A stretch of 30,884 nt of DNA. Source: Pyrinomonadaceae bacterium (GTDB lineage: Bacteria; Acidobacteriota; Blastocatellia; Pyrinomonadales; Pyrinomonadaceae). The stretch lies in NCBI GenBank assembly GCA_025937955.1, contig JAICQI010000001.1, positions 1 through 30,884 on the forward strand, in the 5' to 3' direction. The notes under the pieces were generated by a model, which worked only from the letters and a program-made list of their open reading frames with translations, was not told the DNA's origin and made no database searches. Positions 1 through 7,678 of the stretch are shown here, one piece after another. Position numbers and translations under genes: made by a program. Numbering within the stretch: position 1 is the stretch's first letter; the number at the start of each line of letters is the position of its first letter.

Positions 1-75
1 AATGCGAATGCAAACGAGTTGCAGATACGCACGAGCGTGGCCCAGGCTGAGATTGGACCACTACTGGGAAACTAA
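1..75 (+). CDS. 3' end of an upstream gene (partial, product unknown)
   Basis: Frame 1 is open from base 1 (NANANELQIRTSVAQAEIGPLLGN) to TAA at 73-75. The stop abuts a class A hairpin, as other stops in this window do. Confidence 0.5.
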   Translation, partial: NANANELQIRTSVAQAEIGPLLGN

Positions 76-183
76 GCCGCAGATAAACACGGATTTCATC
101 CAGATCTTTAATCCGCATGAAATCCGTGAAAATCCGTGTTACTGAAATCCGTGAAAATCCGTGTTACTGAAAATCCGTGTTAC
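75..183. repeat. Class A palindromic element (CRCRGAT units) with tandem amplification of the right arm
   Basis: Left arm AGCCGCAGATAAACACGGAT; right-arm units AATCCGCA/AATCCGTG. The 25-mer TGAAATCCGTGAAAATCCGTGTTAC occurs at 118-142 and 143-167, with a partial copy at 168-183. It lies between two convergent stop codons. Confidence 0.85.
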
Positions 184-2193
184 TTAGTTGGGAAGATTCA
201 GGCCACCCGGGAAGATTGGTTCCGCTGCAGGTTCCGATTCATCCAGTTTGGTTAACACGTCCTGCTTGATCTCAATCTTGCCATCCTTTTTCATGCGTTG
301 CTGCACGCCCGCGATGTAGTCTTCAAACACCTGGTCCTGCCGCTCGCCGAGCAACGATTGTCTCAACGTATCGCGCTGCGCCGTAAACCCACTCTGGTCA
401 GCGTCAACTTTGGCCTTGAGGCCGACAAGCACCCATTTGTCTTCGACCTTGATCGGAGTCTTGCTGACTTCGCCCGGCTTCAAGCTGTTGATTAAATCGT
501 CGAGAGCAGTGCTGATGCCTGCCTTACCGAGTGACGAACCGAGTTTGAATCCCTCTTCCAAACCCGAATCATAGCCTTCCTTCTCTCCGGCAGCCTTGAG
601 TGCATCCGGAGTCGTTGCAGACGCCAGCAGGTCTTTCGCTTTCTGCTCGAGCTGTTCCTTGGCACGCTGCTGTTTGATCGCATCGGCGACTTTGGATTTC
701 ACTTCGTCAAATTCCGGAATACGTGGCTCTTTCTTTTCGACCAGCATCGGAATCGCGAAGCCACCCTTGATGCCGGTTGGCTCGCCAACATCGTTAGGGT
801 TACTCAGGGCCGCAAGCGCCTGCTCAAACTCCTGGTTGACGCCGATGTCGGGCACGTCGTCGCCGGGCTTGAGGAACGCAGTTTCCCGGACCATGGCAGT
901 GGGGCTCATACTTGCTTCAGCGGCAAACTCCTGGGCCACCTTCTGCGGATCTTTTGTTTCCTGCAAACGGGTCTTGGCTTTCTGCGCAATCTGACGCGCT
1001 GCGCTATAGCCACGACGATTGCGCAACGACACCAGCAACTCCGGCTTTGCTTCGGCAAAGGTTTTCGGAACGCTGTCTCCGCGACGCAGGATGTAGAAGT
1101 TACCTGCGTAGCGAATCGGGATGTCAGATATATCTCCCGGTTGCATGTCTACGGCTCGATCGAGGAGTCCGTGAGGTTTGTTTGGGTTCTTCTTGAAGGG
1201 TGTCGGCAGAAAACCGTTGTTCCTTGCAGTAGCAGGATCTTCAGAGTTTCCTCGAGCTGCTTCTCCAAAAGCTTCCTCGGTGACCTTGCCACCCTTAGTC
1301 TGTAGCTTCGCAATCAGATCCCTGGCCTTTTGTTCGACCTGCGGATCCAGATCCTTACGCGCTACCTTCAAGACGATCTGTTGGACCTTGACTCCCGCTT
1401 CCTTGTGCTCGGGTTTCATTCCGTCGTACTCAGCTTTCAAGTCCGGTTCTGAGATCTGTAACTTCGAACCAACCTTGTCAGTTTCGATAAACAGGTAACG
1501 AATTTTTTTCTGTGGCTCGAGATAGCGGTAGTCAGTCTTGTGGCTCTCGAAATAACTGCGCATCTCGTCGTCGCTCGGCTGAAGCTTCTCGGCGAGCTTG
1601 TCGGCAGCCAGGGCAACATAGCTAACGTCGAAAGTCGAATTGCGCCGTTTGTACTCTTCTTCGAGCTCTGCGTCGGAAACGTTGACGCTCGCAATTACGA
1701 ATGCTCGCAGTTTCTCCTGGGCGATCTCGGCGCGAACGTCGTTTTCAAACTTTTCGACATCACCGTAGTTCGCGACCACGGCCTCTTTGTATTTTTCAAG
1801 ACCGATGAAGTTACCGGTCGCATCGGTGAACTGCTCCCTGAGTCTTTTCGCGAGTTCCTCATCACTTGCACCCAGGCCCAAACGCTCAGCCTCTTGATTG
1901 ACTATGAGTTTCCTGATCATGCCATCGAGAAAAAGTTTGCTGCCTCCCAGTTGGGCTATGTTAATGCGGCCGCCAAACCTCTGCATTGCGTTTGCTTTGA
2001 CCCTTGCGAGATCAGCCACGGTAATGCTGTCTGAGCCCACTGTCGCGATTACTTCAGTGTTTTTGGTCGGATCGAGACTGCCGGCGGACGGGCCGGGGGC
2101 GTAGAAGAAGATCAAGCTGACCGCCATCAGAATGGCAAATCCCAGGATGACGATGTTGCGGGTTCGTTCAAGTCGTCCGAGTTGTTTGAGCAT
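184..2193 (-). CDS. PpiD/SurA-like membrane-anchored periplasmic chaperone (SurA N-terminal domain plus parvulin-like domain)
   Basis: 669 aa with an N-terminal TM (IVILGFAILMAVSLIFF) and SurA_N-type segments (VIATVGSDSIT, AERLGLGASDEEL). The parvulin-like region (FGEAARGNSEDPATARNNGFL...MQPGDISDIPI) is followed by the PpiD-like EKKEPRIPEFDEVKSKV. AAGGT RBS before the ATG. Confidence 0.85.
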   Translation of the reverse strand: MLKQLGRLERTRNIVILGFAILMAVSLIFFYAPGPSAGSLDPTKNTEVIATVGSDSITVADLARVKANAMQRFGGRINIAQLGGSKLFLDGMIRKLIVNQEAERLGLGASDEELAKRLREQFTDATGNFIGLEKYKEAVVANYGDVEKFENDVRAEIAQEKLRAFVIASVNVSDAELEEEYKRRNSTFDVSYVALAADKLAEKLQPSDDEMRSYFESHKTDYRYLEPQKKIRYLFIETDKVGSKLQISEPDLKAEYDGMKPEHKEAGVKVQQIVLKVARKDLDPQVEQKARDLIAKLQTKGGKVTEEAFGEAARGNSEDPATARNNGFLPTPFKKNPNKPHGLLDRAVDMQPGDISDIPIRYAGNFYILRRGDSVPKTFAEAKPELLVSLRNRRGYSAARQIAQKAKTRLQETKDPQKVAQEFAAEASMSPTAMVRETAFLKPGDDVPDIGVNQEFEQALAALSNPNDVGEPTGIKGGFAIPMLVEKKEPRIPEFDEVKSKVADAIKQQRAKEQLEQKAKDLLASATTPDALKAAGEKEGYDSGLEEGFKLGSSLGKAGISTALDDLINSLKPGEVSKTPIKVEDKWVLVGLKAKVDADQSGFTAQRDTLRQSLLGERQDQVFEDYIAGVQQRMKKDGKIEIKQDVLTKLDESEPAAEPIFPGGLNLPN

Positions 2194-2219
2194 TGTTATT
2201 ACCTTTCAAGAAACTGCGG

Positions 2220-2249
2220 ATTGTAGTTGAGAGGCGCGAATGGCCGCAA
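2220..2249 (-). promoter_or_regulatory. Candidate sigma70 promoter for the PpiD/SurA-like gene
   Basis: Minus strand TTGCGG (2249-2244), 18 nt, TACAAT (2225-2220), about 27 nt upstream of the ATG. Confidence 0.45.
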
Positions 2250-2261
2250 CTGCCTACGAAC

Positions 2262-2346
2262 CTTGGTCTTTGGTTTTTGGTCTTGGGTCTTTGGTTTTGG
2301 GCTTTGTTTGGATTTTCAAAGACCCAAGACCTAAGACCTAAGCCCA
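2262..2346. repeat. Class B inverted heptamer array (TTTGGTC-type x6 facing CYAAGAC-type x4)
   Basis: CTTGGTC TTTGGTT TTTGGTC TTGGGTC TTTGGTT TTGGGCT, then CAAAGAC CCAAGAC CTAAGAC CTAAGCC. The two arrays are reverse complements of each other. Confidence 0.85.
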
Positions 2347-2387
2347 GTTTGCTACAGCCTAAACCAGATGCTATTTTACTTTTCTTC

Positions 2388-3353
2388 ATGGAGACGTTGA
2401 GCGGCGCAAACTGGTTATGGATCGGATTCAGTTTTTTCATTTTGACTATGCTGAGCCTCGATCTCGGCCTCTTCAACCGAAAAGCTCACACTATCAGGTA
2501 TAGAGAAGCGTGGATCTGGACCGCCGTCTGGGTAACGCTGGCCATGATCTTTGCCGGGCTCGTCTTCTATTATCAGGGCTCGCAACGCGGCTTCGAATTT
2601 CTAACCGGTTACCTCATCGAGTTATCACTGTCAGTCGATAATCTATTCGTCTTCCTGCTGATCTTTTCCTACTTCAAGGTACCGGCGAGGTTTCAGCATC
2701 GCGTGCTTTTCTGGGGCGTGATGGGCGCCCTGATTATGCGTCTGACGATGATCTTTATCGGCGCGGCGCTGATCGAACGTTTCCACTGGATCATTTACAT
2801 CTTCGGTGGCTTCCTCATTTACACCGGAATTAAGATGTTCCGGCAGGAAGAAATCGAAATCCATCCGGACAAGAATCCGGTCGTTCGCCTGGTGACTCGC
2901 TTTTTCCCCATTACACATCATTACGATGAGGAGAAGTTTTTCACCAAACAGAATGGTAAACGCGTCGGCACGCTGCTGCTGCTGGTGCTGGTAGTCGTGG
3001 AAGTTACCGACCTGGTTTTCGCGGTCGACTCGATTCCGGCGATTTTTGCCATTACGACCAATACTTTCATCGTTTACACCTCGAACGTCTTTGCAATCCT
3101 GGGTTTACGTTCGATGTACTTCCTGCTGGCCGGTGTGGTGGAGAAGTTTGTCTACCTGCGGACCGGGCTGGCAATTGTGCTCACCTTCATCGGCGCCAAA
3201 ATGCTTCTGGGCGCGACCGGATTTCATATTCCAATCAAGTTTTCATTGGTTTTTGTGGCGTTAGTCCTGGTCGGATCGGTCGTCGTGTCCCTTTTGTTCC
3301 CGCCGAAAAGCCAAACCACCATCACCGTAGACCTCCCTCCTGATTACGAGTAA
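2388..3353 (+). CDS. TerC/Alx family metal homeostasis membrane protein
   Basis: TerC motifs LSLDLG, GYLIELSLSVDNLFVF, QHRVLFWGVMGALIMR, DLVFAVDSIPAIFAIT and SNVFAILGLRSMYF. Start moved to ATG 2388 (METLSG) because the longer ORF from 2193 only translates the heptamer array. Confidence 0.93.
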   Translation: METLSGANWLWIGFSFFILTMLSLDLGLFNRKAHTIRYREAWIWTAVWVTLAMIFAGLVFYYQGSQRGFEFLTGYLIELSLSVDNLFVFLLIFSYFKVPARFQHRVLFWGVMGALIMRLTMIFIGAALIERFHWIIYIFGGFLIYTGIKMFRQEEIEIHPDKNPVVRLVTRFFPITHHYDEEKFFTKQNGKRVGTLLLLVLVVVEVTDLVFAVDSIPAIFAITTNTFIVYTSNVFAILGLRSMYFLLAGVVEKFVYLRTGLAIVLTFIGAKMLLGATGFHIPIKFSLVFVALVLVGSVVVSLLFPPKSQTTITVDLPPDYE

Positions 3354-3357
3354 TTTT

Positions 3358-3420
3358 AGCCGCAGATTTTCGCAGATAAACGCGCATCTGATCTGCGTTT
3401 ATTTGCGAAAATCTGCGGCT
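3358..3420. repeat. Class A palindromic element, probable 3' stem-loop after terC
   Basis: 26-bp arms AGCCGCAGATTTTCGCAGATAAACGC (3358-3383) and GCGTTTATTTGCGAAAATCTGCGGCT (3395-3420) with one G-T wobble. Confidence 0.9.
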
Positions 3421-3434
3421 GAGGTTTAAACATC

Positions 3435-3464
3435 TTGAACGGTCTTTGCCTCGTGTGTTAAATT
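3435..3464 (+). promoter_or_regulatory. Candidate sigma70 promoter (extended -10) for the fecR-DGC operon
   Basis: TTGAAC (3435-3440), 18 nt, TAAATT (3459-3464), preceded by TG-T. Confidence 0.45.
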
Positions 3465-3573
3465 CCGAGTCGGTAGTGTTGCTGCCTGATTCTGGTGGCT
3501 AATGGCCACCGACACCGTTCGGACTCACCTGGTCTCAGCCTCTGGTTGAGCCCCTTCCCCACATCGATAACTC

Positions 3574-4818
3574 ATGACAAGGAATAGGACCGTTCATTTC
3601 GCCTTTGATTGGTGGATTATTCAGAAGCGTTTCGTCTATCTGGTAATCGCCATCTTCGCACTCTGTGGCCTGGCGGCCGGCGCGGCCGTCTACGTCTGGA
3701 AGTACGGAAACCCCTTCAAAAACGTGGCCCAGATGAAACATCCGGCCGGCGCCCGGTTCATGTCCTTCGAAGGTGACGTGCGCGTTATTCGCGCCGCCAC
3801 CCGGGAAATGATTCCGGCCAGCAGCGAAGTGGAGCTTTACCCTGGCGACACGGTGCAGACGCAGGCCAGCGGCCGGGCCCGCATCGGCCTCGCCGACGGC
3901 TCAACCCTGCTGGTGAAGCCAAACAGCACGATCATCGTTCGCGATAACGCCCGTGCTGACGACGGGAGAAAAACCAACGTTCACGTCCTGGTGAATAGTG
4001 GTCAACTGTCTGTCCGCACGGAACAACAGCAAGAAGGCACCACCAACGTGGTCGAAACGCCCAAGACTAAAAACACCGTGGGCGAAAGTACCAATGCGAG
4101 CTTTGGAGTTAATCCCGAAGGCACTGAAGAAATTCGCGTTGCCACTGGCGCCATTGAAACGACCAACCAGGCCGGCGATAAGACTTCAATCCGCGGCGGC
4201 GAATACGTTTCGGTAAACAACTCGGGTCGACTTTCTGCCGCGCAGAAGTTGCTGGACGTGCCGCAGCCTGCCAAGCCACACGATCTCGAGCAGGTGTTGG
4301 TTGGCGATAATGGAGCGGCGAACGTTGCGTTGAAGTGGCAGCGGCCGCAGTCCGGCACGCCTTCTTACTATCGTGTCGAGGTTGCGACCTCGCCGTTCTT
4401 CGTCACCGACGGAAAAGTTATCGAGCGTGATCAATTAGTGGCGACGGAGTTTGGCGCCAGTGATCTTCGACCGGGTGTCTACTTCTGGCGCGTAAGAGCA
4501 ACTGCGGCAAGCGGGCAGGCCAGCGATTGGAGTGATCCGCTCAAGTTTATCGTTACGACGCGCGGCACGGGTTCTCAAGTCGCAGTTTCAAACCTGAGCG
4601 CCGAGCTCCTGGGCGGCAGCATCTATATCATTCGCGGCAAAGCGGAGCCGGGCACGACGATTCGCGTCTCAGGACGCGAGACTAACGCCGCAACTGACGG
4701 TGCATTTCAGATCCAAGTCACAGCCGGTGCAGCCCGTGAGCTCACCGTAGAAGCACGAGATTCACGAGGCAACAGCAGCCAGTACAAGGTTTCACTTTCC
4801 GCGCGCGGCAGGACTTAA
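3574..4818 (+). CDS. Membrane-anchored FecR-domain protein with fibronectin type III and C-terminal Ig-like domains
   Basis: Single N-terminal TM, then a FecR-type segment (FEGDVRV...LYPGDTVQTQASGRARIGLADGSTLLVKPNS). An FN3-like region (VALKWQRP...YYRVEVA...LRPGVYFWRVRA) and an Ig-like tail (IRGKAEPGTTIRVSG...VEARDSRGN) follow. Confidence 0.8.
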   Translation: MTRNRTVHFAFDWWIIQKRFVYLVIAIFALCGLAAGAAVYVWKYGNPFKNVAQMKHPAGARFMSFEGDVRVIRAATREMIPASSEVELYPGDTVQTQASGRARIGLADGSTLLVKPNSTIIVRDNARADDGRKTNVHVLVNSGQLSVRTEQQQEGTTNVVETPKTKNTVGESTNASFGVNPEGTEEIRVATGAIETTNQAGDKTSIRGGEYVSVNNSGRLSAAQKLLDVPQPAKPHDLEQVLVGDNGAANVALKWQRPQSGTPSYYRVEVATSPFFVTDGKVIERDQLVATEFGASDLRPGVYFWRVRATAASGQASDWSDPLKFIVTTRGTGSQVAVSNLSAELLGGSIYIIRGKAEPGTTIRVSGRETNAATDGAFQIQVTAGAARELTVEARDSRGNSSQYKVSLSARGRT

Positions 4819-4822
4819 TCAG

Positions 4823-6403
4823 ATGAGTCACGTAATACTTTTGACTGACGCTCACGAAGCACCAGCCTACGAGTTGATCGAGGCGTTGCGTGCTGCTGGC
4901 GTGAAAACTCTGATCGAAGGACTGCGCGAAGTCGAAGTCGAAGTCGCACTTGCCAAACAGCGGAAACGAGAAGGCGTGGCCGACTCCGAAGGCCCCCCGC
5001 CGCTCGCAGTGCTTTATGAAGTTGTACCCGGTGCGGACATGGTCGAGCTTCACACCGCAATCGATCATGCGAAAGCATTCTGGCCGGGAGCGCCACTGGT
5101 TGCGTGTCGAAGACAAACTAACGGATATCAGAGTCACAACCTGCGCAGCCTCGACAGCGCCACTCTCAAACGGCTTGGCTTCCTGGCCATCGCTGACAAG
5201 TCGGCCCAACTTCCGGCACTGCTTCGCGAGATTGAAGGTCATGGCGGCTCCGGCGAGTTGCGGTTGCCGGAGAATTTTGAGCCACCTGCGGAAGCCACGT
5301 CTTCACTGCCACCCAAGATCAAGTTCAGCGATCTGAGAGCCGCGTTTGATCTCGTCACGTCCTTGCATTACAGCGGCGATCAAAATGGCGCGGCAAACAC
5401 TGTGCTCGCCGGCCTGCAGGGTTTGATTACAGCTGACCGTTGGGCCATCTATCTGTTTTCAGAATCCAAAGATTTTGACAGCGGCCCGCTGGAAGCGATC
5501 GCAGTCAGAAAGGTTGGTCAAGAGGGTTTAAGGAACGACGACGAGTGGGAACGCCTCCTGGAACCAGCTCTTCCAGTCGGTTCTGAAACCAAAGCAGCAA
5601 GACGCGCGGCCGCCGGAATGGGAATCATCAAGAGGAAAGAGCGTGGACAATTCGTCGTGGCCGTTCCTTTGATCTGCGGCGAGAGGATCTTGGGCGTGAT
5701 CGAGGGTGTTCGTGAAGGCGCCGGATCACGTGCTTTCAAAAAAACCGATGTCGCGTTGCTCGATTCGCTCTCACTGCCGATCGCCTCGGCACTCGCCAAC
5801 GCCGTTCGCATCGCCGAGGCTGAGCGGCTCTCACAAACTGACGACCTGACGAAGCTTCACAACGCCCGATACCTGCGACAGTTTCTCCTGAACGAGATCC
5901 GGCGCGCGCGACGTTACGGATCGAGTGTCGCCGCCTTGTTTCTCGACCTCGACGACTTCAAACAGATCAACGACGAACACGGCCACCTCGTCGGCTCGCA
6001 CGTGCTGATGGAGATGGCGGCGGTCATCCTTTCCTCGATACGCGACACCGATGCTGTGGCGCGTTACGGTGGCGACGAATTCGTGATCGTGTTACCCGAC
6101 ACCGGAACCGAGCTGGCGGGCCAGGTAGCCGAACGCATTCGCCATCGCATCACGCGTCACAACTTCACCGGTGGCCGGCGACTACAGCTTTCCCTGACAG
6201 CGAGTTTCGGCGTCGCGGCGTTTCCGAAACATGCTTCTTCCCCGCAGCAACTGATTGCATGCGCTGACACTGCGATGTATGAGGCGAAAGCCGCCAACAA
6301 GAATTGCGTGCGCTTCGCCGCTGATCTGGCTCCCCGCGAATCCCCCAAGCGCGTCCCGAACATCGAAACGGAAACCGGAACAAACGCCGAAACCGTTAAT
6401 TAG
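4823..6403 (+). CDS. Diguanylate cyclase (degenerate REC-like N-terminus, GAF, GGDEF)
   Basis: TDDLTKLHNARY, FLDLDDFKQINDEHGHLVG, intact RxxD I-site (RDTD) and RYGGDEF, SLTASFGVA, ADTAMYEAK. GAF motif VPLICGERILGVIE. No TM helix. Starts 4 nt after the fecR stop. Confidence 0.92.
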   Translation: MSHVILLTDAHEAPAYELIEALRAAGVKTLIEGLREVEVEVALAKQRKREGVADSEGPPPLAVLYEVVPGADMVELHTAIDHAKAFWPGAPLVACRRQTNGYQSHNLRSLDSATLKRLGFLAIADKSAQLPALLREIEGHGGSGELRLPENFEPPAEATSSLPPKIKFSDLRAAFDLVTSLHYSGDQNGAANTVLAGLQGLITADRWAIYLFSESKDFDSGPLEAIAVRKVGQEGLRNDDEWERLLEPALPVGSETKAARRAAAGMGIIKRKERGQFVVAVPLICGERILGVIEGVREGAGSRAFKKTDVALLDSLSLPIASALANAVRIAEAERLSQTDDLTKLHNARYLRQFLLNEIRRARRYGSSVAALFLDLDDFKQINDEHGHLVGSHVLMEMAAVILSSIRDTDAVARYGGDEFVIVLPDTGTELAGQVAERIRHRITRHNFTGGRRLQLSLTASFGVAAFPKHASSPQQLIACADTAMYEAKAANKNCVRFAADLAPRESPKRVPNIETETGTNAETVN

Positions 6404-6410
6404 CTGCTAT

Positions 6411-6444
6411 CGTGAAACTCCACGGGACAAGCCCGTGGCATCTA
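6411..6444 (-). repeat. Class C solitary hairpin resembling an IS200/IS605 end or REP
   Basis: Minus strand TAGATG-CCACGGG-CTTGT-CCCGTGG-AGTTTCACG, flanked by the inverted pair TAGCTG (6401-6406) and CAGCTA (6446-6451). Confidence 0.55.
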
Positions 6445-6585
6445 CCAGCTAACCAGTGTAAAGTTTCTCGTTTACGGTTTGTAGGTTAAGAGTGTATCTT
6501 AGGATTTCGGACGAGTTTGGGCGAATTGCCGCCGGCCCCACCCGAAGTTCCATTTCTGCCAACCACGGGAAGTGAATAAGTCTAA

Positions 6586-7632
6586 ATGGCTTTCAAATCT
6601 ATTTTCAGTCTGTTTTCCAGCGACCTTGCTATCGATCTCGGGACGGCAAATACGTTGGTCTATGCGAAGGGACGCGGCATCGTCGTTTCAGAGCCCTCCA
6701 TCGTCGCGATTAATAAAGTAACTAACCAGGTCGAAGCTGTCGGGCGTGACGCCAAAGACATGTTGGGCCGAACTCCCGGCAACATCGTTGCCATTCGACC
6801 GATGAAGGACGGTGTGATCGCAAACTTCGAAGTCACGGAGAAGATGCTTCAGCACTTCATCCGCAAGGCGCATAACGGCAAAACCTGGGTTAGCCCAAGA
6901 GTCGTTATCGGTATTCCTTCTGAGATAACTCAAGTCGAACGCCGTGCCGTGGAAGACTCGGCTTATCGGGCCAAAGCTTCCGAGGTCTATCTGGTCGAAG
7001 AAGCAATGGCAGCGGCCATCGGCGCCGGCTTACCGATTACCGAGCCGCACGGAAACATGGTCGTTGACATCGGCGGCGGCACGACGGATATCGCTGTGAT
7101 CAGCTTAAGCGGTATCGTGTACTCGCGCGCGGTGCGCGTCGCGGGAAACGAGATGGATGAAGCGATCATCCAGTACATCAAGAGGAAGTACAACTTGCTA
7201 ATTGGTGAACGAACAGCCGAGGCAATCAAGATCGAGCTCGGCTCGGCGTACCCGCTCGACGAACCGCTGTCGTACGAAGTGCGCGGTCGTAACCTCATCG
7301 AGGGAATCCCCAAGACGATCACGATCACTGACGAAGAAGTGCGCGAAGCTCTGGCGGATTCGATCTCGACGATCATCAACGCGGTGCGCGTGGCCCTGGA
7401 ACGAACGCCTCCCGAACTGTCAGCAGACATTGTCGAGCGTGGCATCGTACTGACGGGCGGCGGCGCGTTATTGAAGAATCTCGACAAGCGGCTTTCAATC
7501 GAAACCGGATTGCCGGTTTCGCTGGCCGACGACCCACTTGCCTCCGTAGTGTTAGGGACTGGCAAAATGTTGTCCGACTTCGATCTGCTCAAGCGGGTGA
7601 AGTGGGAAAACACAATGACAAGCGGAATGTAG
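6586..7632 (+). CDS. mreB: Rod shape-determining protein MreB
   Basis: [69 protein letters not shown]. Confidence 0.98.
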   Translation: MAFKSIFSLFSSDLAIDLGTANTLVYAKGRGIVVSEPSIVAINKVTNQVEAVGRDAKDMLGRTPGNIVAIRPMKDGVIANFEVTEKMLQHFIRKAHNGKTWVSPRVVIGIPSEITQVERRAVEDSAYRAKASEVYLVEEAMAAAIGAGLPITEPHGNMVVDIGGGTTDIAVISLSGIVYSRAVRVAGNEMDEAIIQYIKRKYNLLIGERTAEAIKIELGSAYPLDEPLSYEVRGRNLIEGIPKTITITDEEVREALADSISTIINAVRVALERTPPELSADIVERGIVLTGGGALLKNLDKRLSIETGLPVSLADDPLASVVLGTGKMLSDFDLLKRVKWENTMTSGM

Positions 7633-7658
7633 ATAACACGGATCTATCTGTGTTTTCT
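7631..7658. repeat. Short class A hairpin in the mreB-mreC junction
   Basis: AGATAACACGGAT / ATCTGTGTTTTCT imperfect stem overlapping the mreB TAG. Confidence 0.65.
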
Positions 7659-7678
7659 GTCGATTTGAGATTTACTGC

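Noticed and set aside
75-183. CRISPR array
   Set aside because: The repeats are directly tandem or inverted with no unique spacers, and there are no cas genes in the window.
2193-2387. 65-aa N-terminal extension of TerC and ORF 2168..2476 (-)
   Set aside because: Both merely translate the heptamer array (GLWFLVLGLWFW; QRPKTKNQRP). TerC homology starts at METLSG.
2200-2387. yybP-ykoY Mn2+ riboswitch, expected upstream of many terC/alx genes
   Set aside because: I could not find the GGGGAGUA or CAAUAC/CAUGAC-type cores. An Rfam scan would be decisive.
3472-3516. Fluoride (crcB) riboswitch
   Set aside because: GCTAATG and ACACC are present, but the GATG loop and AAC linker are absent, TAATG sits in a hairpin loop, and the downstream genes are not fluoride-related. 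Kept only as an unassigned structured leader.
6987-7613. Long antisense ORFs (6987..7613, 1540..2034, 10080..10916, 18799..19458, 15717..16226, 28257..28850 and similar)
   Set aside because: Shadow frames opposite well-supported genes in a GC-rich genome, with no recognisable motifs.
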